Assembly (NCBI GenBank): GCA_002189035.1
Contig: NEEC01000016.1
Location: forward strand, 434,001 to 498,000
Origin: Utricularia gibba
Lineage: Eukaryota; Plantae; Magnoliophyta
Length of the DNA stretch: 64,000 nt
Reading direction: 5' to 3'
Shown one piece after another: positions 10,930 through 22,807 of the stretch. The number at the start of each line of letters is the position of its first letter. Within the stretch, counting starts at the first letter, position 1. A model generated the notes under the pieces. The model was given only the letters and a program-made list of their open reading frames with translations, was not told where the DNA came from and did no database searches. A program made the position numbers and the translations under genes.

Positions 10930-13900
10930 ATGGAATGCGTTTACAAGGACCCAAAGGCTCCAATCGAGGCTAGAGTGCGGGATCTTCTCTCCCGGATGAC
11001 TCTCCTTGAGAAAATCGGCCAAATGACACAAATCGAGCGCAGTGTTGCCACGCCTTCTGCAATCACGGACCGCTTCATAGGTCTCTCAACTTCATTCTCT
11101 TCTTGTTGCATGCTACTTGGTTTTCCTTCTCTCTGCTGCCATCAATTTTTTACTAGCTCTTGGATTTCAAATTCGGTGCAGGGAGTGTGCTTAGTGGTGG
11201 TGGAAGCAAGCCATTTGAAAATGCGAAGTCGGTGGATTGGGCTGACATGATCGATGCGTTACAGAAGGCCGCCCTTGAGACCCGTCTCGGTATTCCAATT
11301 ATTTATGGAACTGATGCAGTTCATGGGAATAGCAACGTCTGTGGAACCACTATTTTTCCTCATAACATTGGCCTCGGGGCCACGCGGTTAGCTTTCTTTC
11401 ATGACAAGGAATTTCAGTGTTTTGATATAATTGGAATAGGCCTCTGAATACTTGGTGAAATGTACTGATTCATATGGGAATTTTTTCCATCTAGAGATGC
11501 TGATCTGGTTCGAAGAATTGGAGAGATAACTGCTCTTGAAGTTAGAGCATGTGGAGCACAGTATGCCTTTGCTCCATGTGTGGCTGTAAGTTGAATGGCG
11601 CATTAATCAGCTTACTGTAAATCATTCTTCTGTTTGCTTTTTTAGTTCAACTCCACTGAACCATTTTTGTTGTTAGATTGTACTCTAGGAATTGTTTTTG
11701 ACTCTATATGTACTAGCAATGAGACATCCGATTTTCAGGTTAGCAGGGACCCCGGTGGGGAAGATGCTTTGAGAGTTACAGTGAAGACCCCGAAGTTGTC
11801 AGAAAAATGACCTCCCTTGTTGCAGGCCTTCAAGGGCAGCCACCTGAGGGGCATCACAATGGCTATCCTTTTCTTGCTGGAAGGTAAAAAAATTTCTCGT
11901 TATTAGCATACAACGCTTCGGCATGGAAGGTGCAAGGTGGATGCTCCGCATGATTCTTATTTTATTATTGATATTGTTGTACAGAGTGAATATGCCACTC
12001 TGATCAAAAATCTTCCATCACTGCATGATTGAATCATCTGCAGTTTGATTCTTTATTTTTACCTTTGTTTTCAGAAAAAATGTAATTGCATCTGCCAAGC
12101 ATTTTGTTGGAGATGGTGGCACAGAGAACGGCAAAAATGAGGGGAATACAGTGGTGTCCTACGATGATCTGGAGGCAATTCATTTGGCTCCATACCTTGA
12201 CTGTCTTTCTCTCGGTGTTTGCACTGTGATGGCATCATACTCAAGTTGGAACGGCCGAAAAATGCACACTGAATATTTTCTTCTCACTGAAGTTCTGAAA
12301 AACAAACTTGGCTTCATGGTACGTTGTATTTCCAAAACATTTTTTCATAGTGTTTCCATCCATGCTCTTCACTCCTCACTCCCTATTTACAATACAATAA
12401 GATGCTATAGCACTCATTATTTCTTTGACAGTAAGCATACAAGGATTCCATGTAATATCAGTCATTGAATGCTGCATGTTATTCATCAGAAACTGCATTT
12501 GTGTTAAAAAAAATGATGCATGGTGCAGGGTTTCATAATATCAGACTGGGAAGCACTGGATCGACTTCATGATCCCTACGGTTCAAATTATCGCCAGGCC
12601 ATCCTGTCCACTGTAAACGCTGGAATTGATATGGTATACAGTGATTTGCAGGATTTCTTTCACCATATTTTTGTTTTTCATCTGTTGCTTTTATCCCCTT
12701 TTTTTTTCAGTTTCGTTCCCTTTCAAGATCTCAGTCACAGTCAATATTATGAGACATTTTGCAGATGTATGGTAACAAAGCATGGTTATTACAAGTTCCT
12801 GTACAATGAATGTGCTGCAGGTGATGGTTCCTTTTAGATTTGAATTGTTCTTAGAAGAGTTTCTGTCACTTGTTGAATCTGGGGAGATACCAATGCCACG
12901 GATCGACGATGCTGTGGAGAGGATTCTACGTGTGAAGTTTGTGTCCGGAGTTTTTGAGCATCCGTTTGCTGACAGAGCCTTGTTAGATGTGGTTGGTTGC
13001 AAGGTAAATTTAAGAATTGTTTTGGAAAATTTTCGAATGTTATTTTTATTTTTTAAAAAATAAAAAATAGTAGTAGAATTTTTTTTTTAAAAAAAGTAAA
13101 AATATACATGATGTTTTCTAAAAAATTTGTAGAGATAGAAATAATTTGGGGAATTTGATGGTAAAAATAGAAATAAAAATAAAGTTAAATATTTTTTATT
13201 TCTATTTTTGATTTATTTTTAATTATACTTAAAAATTATTTTTATCAAAAATAAAAATAAAAATCAGAATTATTTACTAAAAAATTATTTTTGATAAAAA
13301 CAGAAGCAAAAACAGTATTTCAAAATTTTAAACAACACAGTTTTACTTGTGGAGTTGTCCTCTATGTGTAAAGACTGGACATGCTGTGAAATCAAAACTT
13401 TTCCAGATTTGATTCATTCTTATTGCATCATTGCTGAGCATGAGATGCACTCTAGTACCTGTACCTGTATCCTTGGATCAAACTTCTTCTATCATCACTT
13501 TGGATCACTGATTTAGAGCATATCCTCCTGCTGTCTATTCCATTTTCTATGGTTTCAGGCACATAGAGAATTAGCACGTGAGGCTGTTAGAAAATCATTG
13601 GTTCTGTTGAAGAATGGAAAGGATCCACAGAGGCCCTTCCTCCCCTCAACAAGAAAGCCAACCGGATTCTTGTCGCCGGAACACATGCAGACAATCTTGG
13701 CTATCAGTGCGGTGGCTGGACCATCTACTGGGAAGGGAAGAGTGGTAGAATAACTGAAGGTTCGTCTTCTAGCTAGTAGCTTCATGATGTGTTCTTGGGC
13801 TTCACCATTCTCATCTCCTCCAGGAACAACAATCTTGGATGCTGTGAGGGAAGCAGTGGATGAGTCTACAGAGGTGGTACACGAACCAAATCCTTCCAGT

Positions 13901-14302
13901 GAAACATTCTCCGGTGAGGAATTCTCCTTTGCCATAGTCGCAGTCGGAGAGGCTCCGTATGTCGAAACAGGAGGTGATGATCCAGTGCTCAAGATCCACT
14001 TCGAGGGATCGGAGTTGGCCGCGTTGGTTGCGGAAAGAGTTCCCACGGTGTTGATTCTGGTCACCGGTAGGCCGGTGGTGCTGGAGCCATGGCTTCTGGA
14101 GAAGGTGGAGTCTGTGGTGGCGGCCTGGCTGCCCGGAACAGAAGGCAATGGCATCACAGATGTACTCTTCGGGGACTACCCTTTTCAGGGGAAGCTTCCG
14201 ATGACCTGGTTCAGAAACGTCGAGCAGCTTCCGGTGCACCGTGCGCAGAACTCGCTTGATCCTCCTCCTCTCTTCCCTTTCGGCTTTGGGTTGACATCCT
14301 GA
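10930..14302 (+). CDS. GH3 beta-glucosidase / beta-D-glucan exohydrolase-like, 9 exons; two -1 frameshifts as assembled (11750-11753, 13642-13645)
   Basis: [51 protein letters not shown], nucleophile motif ISDWE, C-terminal GKLPMTWF...PLFPFGFGL; no signal peptide at the N-terminus. Confidence 0.93.
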
Positions 14303-14927
14303 TCTCATCGGCGGCCTGCCGTGTTCCAGTGCCGGAGTTTTCCAAGCCATTTGAGTACACCCTTCATTCAATATTCCTGCGTGTGATATTCTGTTTTATT
14401 TGATTTGGATTTTCGAAAATTCTTCTTGAATTTTTTTTAATAAAATAAAAATTGGATCCAATATTTAAAATGAATCATAAAGAATAAGGAATATATTTCA
14501 ATTCTTCTCGTCATGCATATTACCGTCGATTGCTCGGTCCGCCGCGCCGCCGCCGGCTCGCTCGCCGCTAACACCGCACTGCCTCCGTGACTTATGGATG
14601 TACTCATCGTTTATGTACCGATGAATAATAATTCTGTTTGGGGATCAATTATGTTATTTAATTAAAAATTAATTTTCGGAATATAAAAAATTGATTTCCA
14701 CTGTTTAATGAATATAGATAGCGTACCAAGAAGTTCCGACATTTGCAGTTCACGCCGCCCCGTCAACGCCTATCTCTCTCCCTCATCTACGTGCGCTGGT
14801 TTCTCGATAGCTCTGCGCCGCGGATCACAACTCCGATCCTTGCTCTACGCAGGAAATGCTCTGAGCTTAGAGCTCTCACCGCTTCTTTCTGCACTCTGCG
14901 CTTTCACATTTTCGTCAAACGCGCACC

Positions 14928-16073
14928 ATGGCGATGGAGGGAAGCGAATCCGCCGCTCGCAACGGGGATTCCTCTGAGGTCGTCCAGGATCAGTCTCCGT
15001 CTCATAAATCTGATACTCCTTCAGGTTGTCTTTTTTCTATTTGTTGCGTGCATTGTGTGGAGTTTGTGCGCATTGCTCGTGATTGTTAGCGAAGATCTCC
15101 TGTGTGAAAATAGCTAGCTTCAAGTGTGAGTGGATGCTGGAGGCTTCCTTTTCCAGTGACTGATTTTGAGTGGATGTTCCAATCTGTAACAATATTTTTC
15201 ATGTAATCGATTTTGTACTTAAATTCTACCATGGGACTCTTGTTCATGCTGCTGTTGGCTCGATTCAAAATTCTGTCTTTTTCGAAAATGATCTCGATGG
15301 ATTTAGGTGATCAGTAAACTTTCTTTTCTATTTCGTGTTTTTTTTTTTTTTGGGCCATTCTTCGTGTGTTATTGAAACTGAGCTTTTGCTTATTGCACAG
15401 GAAATGAAGAGAAGGGTACGCATCTTCGTTTCCTTTTATCAAACACTGAAGCTGGTTCCATCATTGGGAAGGGTGGTTCAACAATAAATGATATTCAGTC
15501 GCAATCCAGTTCCCGCATCCAGTTGTCACGCAACTATGAATTTTTTCCTGGCACATCTGATAGAATCATCTTAGTATCTGGACCTGTTGTTAGCATACTA
15601 AAGGCAGTTGACCTTATCCTCTCGAAGTTACTGGATGAGGTTATTGAAATCATTTTGAAAGGTTTCCTGATCTAGAATTTTAGGTTTGATCTTTGTATAA
15701 CTGCGTTTATGCTTCTCTAGTTCTATGCCAAAGACGGAGGGCAACTTGATCCAGTATCAAAAATTAGACTGATAGCACCAAATAGTTCTTGTGGTGGTAT
15801 AATTGGAAAGGGAGGGGCAGAAATAAGGTAAATTTCTTCGTGATTTGTTGCCTCCCTCTGGTATGATGGATTGCATGGAGAGTGTATGTTATTTAGGTTG
15901 CTAATCTATAATTTTATGATCTGTCAAACGAGGCTGTGCTATCAGTTAGTAAGATCAGCTGAGGGTTTTCGTACAGTTCAAAGCTGTTTCATGAACGGAG
16001 AGTGTACATAATTCTTGTTTGGAGCCTTTGCAGATCCATTCATTTCACCTTTTCAGTTTTCACTTCTATCTTT

Positions 16074-16104
<31 letters not shown>

Positions 16105-17658
16105 GACTTTCTAGAGCAAATACCTGCTCCTGATCTTATCCGCAATTGTTTCCTTGGATTAGGTCACTTATTGAAGTCTCACAAGCTGAAGTTAAGATAT
16201 CACCACAAGATGCTTATTTCCCTGGCTTGCATGATAGATTGGTGACAGTCACTGGCACATTGGGCGAACAGTTACGGGCTATCGAGCTAATCCTATTGAA
16301 ATTAGTCAGTGATCCATATTATCAGCAGTCAATGCATTCTCCATTCCCATATGCAGGTATAAGTTCATAATGTAAATTACAGACCCAAAATTAGTATCCT
16401 TAGGATTGGCATGAAAGTTAGGCGTTATGCCTTTTTTGCTAAAATAAGGCTGCATGCTAAAGGAGTCATCTTTATTGCGTAAGACTGAAAAGAGAATTAA
16501 ATATTAACATCACTGACGTATGAAATATGGAGACAATTACACCACTTTATGATGTCTGAATGACATGCTTTTTTGTGCATATAAAAGCAGATTCATTTTC
16601 AAGCCGTAATTATAAATAGATTAAATTAACTATCCATACATCCTTTTTTTGTTGGGATTAAAAATGATGCATGAAAAATGAAAATTCCTCTTCTCTTCGT
16701 GTTTATCAATTGATGTAGCTTAAGCCTTTCCTTTTCCGGTCTCAAATCCTGTCATTCATTTACTCGTCTTGAAGCGCTTGTGCACAATGGGATCAACTAC
16801 GGGCCAAATGTGTATGGTGCAAAGTATCCAAGTAACAGGCTTCATAACAAGGCAAGTGATTTCTTGAGACACTGTGTATGATCATATTGTGTCACATCAT
16901 TTTTTGATTTCACAATCTCAATGCTGAACAGCTTTTTCAAAACCATGTTAAAATGCTAACGTGGTACAACGTGCATAATTGCTGATTTCCTTCATCATGT
17001 GCTTGTTTTTAATGGTACCTGAAGTTACTGGTAACTGTGTTTATAGAATCTAGTTCCATGCGTTAGAAATAGTAATGGTTGGCTGCTTCACCGGAATTTG
17101 CACCCTTGGAATTTTTTTTAGGATTAGAATCATGAATCTCAGATTTTTCTGTTATCTTATTTGTTATCTTCATTATTGAGCATTGTCTATGGCAGGAGGA
17201 TAGAAGTAGTTCCGTGACTATTGGTGTTTCCGACGAAAATATTGGATTAGTTGTTGGACGTGGTGGACGTAACATTATGGAAATCAGTCAGGTTATTTTT
17301 TCAGGTTTTTTGTATCTTGTCTAATTTTTTTTTTCCCTGAAGATGCATATTGTCTGATTAATTTTTCATAATTATATTCTGTGGTCCCGCAGCTCAGTGG
17401 AGCTAGGGTAAAGATTTCCGACAGAGGTGATTTCATCCCTGGGACATCAAATAGGTATTGAGTATGGTACTGAAATCTATCACTTTATATGTATGCATCA
17501 GGAATTTGTAACCTGACTGGGATTTCCTGCTTTCTCACAGAAAAGTCACCATTAGCGGGTCACAGAGGGCAATTCGTGCCGCCGAGTCCATGATAACTAG
17601 GAAAATTGCTTCTAGTGGTGGGAGCTCACTGCAATATCTTAAAGTTCAGATTCTATGA
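14928..17658 (+). CDS. BTR1: Three-KH-domain RNA-binding protein, BTR1/NOVA-like, 8 exons
   Basis: KH1 [22 protein letters not shown]2 [17 protein letters not shown]3 [17 protein letters not shown]|[14 protein letters not shown]; exact C-terminus less certain. Confidence 0.9.
16074..16098 (+). repeat. (TG)n microsatellite in a BTR1 intron
   Basis: tgtgtgtg... run seen directly. Confidence 0.9.
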
Positions 17659-18103
17659 AAAGCATCAAAAGCATTGACAACTTGTGGAATTTGTTTGTTC
17701 GTTTTGTTGTTTCATTTCAGGTGAACTTGGTCCATTCACGAAGATGGATATCAACCCCGAAGAAAGTTTTGTTACAAACTGATGGCAGAAACTAATTTGT
17801 TGAAAAAAGATGATTTCTTTGGATCTATACCAGAGTCGTGCTACTGCTCCAAAATGTGAGAACGATTCTTGACCTTTTTTATGTTCTTTTTTCGACATAT
17901 TGGGATTTATTTCCAGAATCATGCAGTAGGAAACTATAGTAACATAGCTTGCGATGGCATTATTATAATTATGCATAGCATTAGGGAATTGATGATGTGG
18001 GTTTTACCATTTGATGATACTATGACATTGAGTGGTGAAGCTGATGAAAATATGCATGCATCTTTATAATGATAGAACTAGTGAGCCCTTAGCCATGACG
18101 AGC

Positions 18104-18742
18104 TCATGGTCCATTCCATTTGCCTCCACCATTTCCATACCCAGATCCATAACCAGATCCATAACCAGATCCACTCCCGTACCCTGAGCTTCCTCCCCCG
18201 CCACCACCTCCTCCTCCTCCTCCTCCACCACTGGCTCCATATCCAGAGCCGCTACCACTACCATATCCAGAACCACTCCCTGATCCATAGCCTGAGCCAC
18301 CTCCACCTCCTTGACCACCACCACCTCCTCCTCCACCTCCTTGTCCACCACCTATTCCGTATCCAGCACCTGTCCCGTATCCAGAACCACTCCCTGCTCC
18401 ATAGCCCGAGCTACCTCCACCTTGTCCTCCTCCACCTCCCTGCCCACCACCACCTCCATACCAGCACCACTCCCATATCCAGAACCATATCCTGATCCAT
18501 ATCCTTTGCCATATCCTTCAATTCCACCTCCACCACCACCTCCACCTCCACCACCCCGGGAATATTGCCGTAGTACTGCCCATTAGCATTCCCATATCCC
18601 AAGCCATACCCAGAACCCGACCCAACTCCCACTGCACCTTCCCCACCACCCAAAAAACTTCCCACCCTAGCCCCAACCCCATATCCACACACAGCATAAC
18701 CAAGAACATCGCTGCAAGCATGGCTGTGCCACATCTTGCCAT
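18104..18742 (-). CDS. Secreted glycine-rich cell-wall protein (GGGG/SGYG repeats), about 213 aa after repairing three -1 frameshifts
   Basis: Signal peptide MARCGTAMLAAMFLVMLCVDMGLG followed by GSGSGYG / GGGGQGGG repeats distributed over successive frames; ends GKWNGP*. Confidence 0.85.
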
Positions 18743-18842
18743 CTCTAGAACTTGGTGTCCAAAGAAACACCTGTTCTTCTGGTTGTTTAAGATCAGCTCC
18801 TGATCCTCCTTACTCTTAACTACAACCTTTCCAAGTGCCACC

Positions 18843-18850
18843 TATTTATA
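18843..18850 (-). promoter_or_regulatory. TATA box of the glycine-rich protein gene
   Basis: cTATAAATAgg on the minus strand about 100 bp upstream of the ATG. Confidence 0.65.
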
Positions 18851-19908
18851 GAAATGTGCAACCAGTAGCTCATTGGCAGAAGAGTAGGTTTCATGTAGGT
18901 AGGAGGTACATGTTATTTTCACTGGAATAGTGGTGATGGTGGTAGTGCTCATCATTTTTTCTTCATGGTGTGCACTTTGCTTAAAGCCTGTTACACACCA
19001 CCTTTTTTGACTCTCCGCTCCCGATCAGGTTCCTTCAGTTTTTTTCCCTTCTCACTGACAATGTTTTATTTGTGATTCAAACAAGAGATTGTGCAGCTGT
19101 GGTGCAGAAAGAGTGCTTCATTCTTTTCTTTGAGATGACATTTGTAGGTTTAGAAGATGGCAATTGGCATCAACTCTGAGGGTGATGACTGCCTGCCACT
19201 TAGTGCTTCGGACGCGGGAAATGATTCATTCCACTCCCAAATCTCCTTCCCATAATCACTTCCTAGGACAGCTGGTGTGAAACCAAGCACTTATTCACTG
19301 CTACCTTTTGAACAATTTATCTGAAGTCGATTTCTATGTCTCACACAAATGTAAAATATTTATATCAAATATGATCATTTTTCAAATATACTAAATAACC
19401 GAAAGACGAACACCACTTCTTGCTCTTCGAATATCATTTGATATCGACTGTTTCGTGACCCGAATGCATGGAATTCATAGTCAGTATAAGAGAGTGATGA
19501 TCGTTTTTATCAAATACTTACAGTGCTGCACGTTCGTGTCCCTCGTATCGAACGTGCCCTACGTAGAAGAAAACCCTGCATCTGTGTTACGAAACGGATG
19601 CCCCGTGCGCCTACGTAGAAGAAAGCCCATGATTTTTCTTGCCATGGATTAGTTTACTGCAGACGTATGCATTGACATTTTAATCACGATGCTACGCAAA
19701 AGAGATTAGAGGCATCATTTTTTTTTCTAAAAAGGAAAACTTTATTACATAACAATTTGCATGATGAACGTAAGAGCAGTAGCATATAATTCCACACATA
19801 ATCTGAGTTCCAATTGCTCCAAAAGAGAAGCCATGCAAATTCCACTAAAGATACCAACTCCTTTAAAAACAAAACAAAAAGGCATACCACACACAAACAC
19901 CTAAAACC

Positions 19909-20331
19909 ATGAAGGTGTTCATCCTCCTGGCGATCTTGGCATCTGGCTGCGCTCTGCAGGTGTCCTACGCCGAGTCCCTTCGATCCTGCCAATTCACAAA
20001 AGCTTACGAGGTCCAAGTGATCAATCAGCTTCCAGAAAACCCCGACCCACTGAGGGTGCACTGCGCATCCAGTGATGATGACTTGGGATATCATAAACTC
20101 ACCACAAACCAAGTTTTCAAGTGGGGTTTCTGTGAGAGCTTCCTTCACAACACCCTCTTCTTCTGTCACCTCAACTGGTCATACCATACAAAAGCCTTCA
20201 ATGTCTACACATCGAGGATGAGAACCGAATGCAAATTCGGTGTTTGTTATTGGATTGCTAGAGAAGATGGGATTTATTTCAATGATAATTTTCCTACTGG
20301 GGTTTCAAGTAGAGTCTATCTCTGGGAATAG
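19909..20331 (+). CDS. SPH: S-protein homolog (plant self-incompatibility S1 / SPH family), secreted, intronless
   Basis: Hydrophobic N-terminus, V-x-V-x-N-x-L, LRVHCAS-x-DDDLG, F-x-W-x-F, TLFFC, C-x4-C-x-W-x-AREDGIYF and terminal W are SPH hallmarks. Confidence 0.92.
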   Translation: MKVFILLAILASGCALQVSYAESLRSCQFTKAYEVQVINQLPENPDPLRVHCASSDDDLGYHKLTTNQVFKWGFCESFLHNTLFFCHLNWSYHTKAFNVYTSRMRTECKFGVCYWIAREDGIYFNDNFPTGVSSRVYLWE

Positions 20332-20712
20332 GGAGGTTCAGTCATGCCATTTTCTGAAATAGATATCAGAAACAGAAATAAACTTGTTATTTCTTTCCTA
20401 TCTATGCACACAACAGTTTCGAGTTTAAGGTCAATGTAATAGGATCATGACAATGGAGGGGACGAGAATGAGGGCTCTTTCATTGTGGCACGTTCATGTG
20501 AAATGAGATTTACTAAACACAGACAAGATAGGATATCAGAGTAACACTAAAAGAAGACAATGTGTTAGGAAAACGCGAGTGACAAAAACTCAACTCCTTC
20601 TGATGCATCTTTCCTTTCCATTCGGCCGTTGTTTTGTTTCTTCCGACTACTTTTGCCCAAAAGAAAAAACAGCAGAGAGAAAATATTGTCAAATGCACAT
20701 AACCTGGAGTTT

Positions 20713-22807
20713 TCAATACGTGACATTTGCTGCAGCTTCCTCCAATCGTTTCCAAGTTGAGAGGCGTTGCTCTTCCAGCTCTGCAGCCCTTGCTTGTCTT
20801 TCCACGTATTCCCTTTCACAGATTCCATAAAGCTCAAAGTCCATCTCCAAGAACATTCGGCGGACATTGCCGCTCAGTCCATTGATTGCTTGGTTCCAGT
20901 GACTGCAGATATTATTTTCCAAGGAATCGAATATGATTGGTAAAATGACATGCCGATTATCAGCAATCAGACCTACTATGTGTTCATTGTTCCACCAGAA
21001 TAGAGCCCGTTCTGCAACCTGCACATCAGAATGGAAAACGGGAAAATGAAGATGAGATGAAAGAACGCACGGAACGTGGAATGTGGAGTGTTTTCCATTA
21101 ATTTATGATGCAGAAGCAGACATGAGTAACCAAAAACATGTTTTTTTTGGTCATTTTCCATCCAAGCGTGCCTTTATGCATGTATTGATACAAAAACATC
21201 TATATATAATGAAACATCTATAACAATAGTGACTCGGTAACTAATATTGATAGTCATGGAGTAAATGATGTTTAGAAATAGGTATTAAAAAAAACGACAA
21301 TCCAAACATACTAGATATTGAGAAGGAGAAACTTCGTGAATAAAATGGTTTTCTGGTACATATATAACTTTAAAATTTCCAACATAAGAAAAAGAAAATA
21401 ATTATTTGGCCAGCTAAGAGCTTTCAGAAAGCCAAATATCAAGAACATATGCATGCTAATGCAACCCATTCAGCTGAGGCATGCTTCTCTTTTATAATGA
21501 TCAATACAGGCGTTTAAAAACTGGAAACAGAAGTTCAAGATGATTAACTTCTATTTAACAGGAGCCTCATACAGACAAACAATAACATCAAACATTGCAA
21601 AAGACTCTAGTACTGGATAAAGATGAATAGAAGGTTATTGGTTCCTGCTAAAATTGGGCTCTCGAACCTGGAAGTGTGGGCTGTTGAGGCATCGTCCAAT
21701 CTGTCTGAAAAGGGGAACCATACAACGCTGGAATTGCGCAGGTTCTGTGACCTCCAAAATTTCTTCGAGTTCTCCAAGGAAGAGAACCTCCTTTGCACAA
21801 TTGGTAACAGGCCAATACTTCAGTAGCCCCAATATGACAGTGTCAGCTAACCTATAGTCTTTTTCCACAAATTGAGTTACGCAGTAGGACAACTTTTGAT
21901 GGTATGAAGCAACACACTGAGCCTTGTGCAATGGAATCAATGCACGTACAAGAAACAGTTTATGCTCTTCCTTCATCGGCAATGCAAAACCATTAATTAT
22001 ACTAGCCAGAATCTCCAATAACTCACCAACTCCATTGTACCGCTCAGTTTCAAATATGAACTGGTATAGTATGTTGTTAATCTCATGCCTTATAAAAGGC
22101 CGGAGAACCATGAACCGGCCATACATTCTATGGAGAATAATCTTCACATACTCCCGTTCTCTTGGGTCTTCTGTATCAAACAAATGAAGTAATTTTAAAA
22201 CAAATGAATGATCAATATATCTCTTAGCCGTTTTGCTATCTGTTTCAGCTGACACCACGTATCTCAGCAGTAACTCATATACCAGTTGCAAGTGAGGCCA
22301 CGAAGGATCCATGAATACATCTTCCTCCTCTGGATCTGCATGGTTGAAGCCTGAATTCTCATGGGATGCAGGTGGCAAAGCACGGAAAATATTCAAAGAT
22401 ATCATCTTTACCAACTGCTCTTGCATTATCTCATTCATTTTACAGGACCCAGATTGTACTAAATCCACAAGCTCAGCTAGTGTTTGCCTCTTAATCTCCT
22501 TCTCTCTAGCGGACTTCATTGTATCTGAGAAATCAAAGAAAATGCAACAAACTTGGACTTTCCTGATGAACACTCCATGCCGATCAGATACGGGAACATC
22601 CTTCAACAGAGGCAAGACTTCAACGACCCCAGGGTTTTGCGGAACAGATGCAATATTTGCTGAATCTGGTGCCGCTGCCGCTACTACCGATGCATGATTT
22701 ACAGTCACGTTGGATGCAGGTGCTGGTGCAGGCACCAGAGGTTCATCTTGTTCCATTTTTGAGGACTTCTTATGCCCTTTTTTCTTGAACTTGTTGAACA
22801 TCGACAT
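20713..22807 (-). CDS. PP2AB': PP2A regulatory subunit B' (B56), alpha/beta-like; exons 22807-21668 and 21018-20713
   Basis: [43 protein letters not shown]|[12 protein letters not shown]; single GT-AG intron in frame. Start at 22807 or 22801. Confidence 0.97.

Noticed and set aside
17610-17790. Alternative terminal exon of BTR1 using the strong acceptor at 17720
   Set aside because: No convincing donor could be assigned from sequence alone; needs RNA data.
18106-18586. Plus-strand His-rich and Pro-rich (extensin-like) ORFs
   Set aside because: They are the antisense shadow of the glycine-rich gene; the signal peptide and TATA box are on the minus strand.
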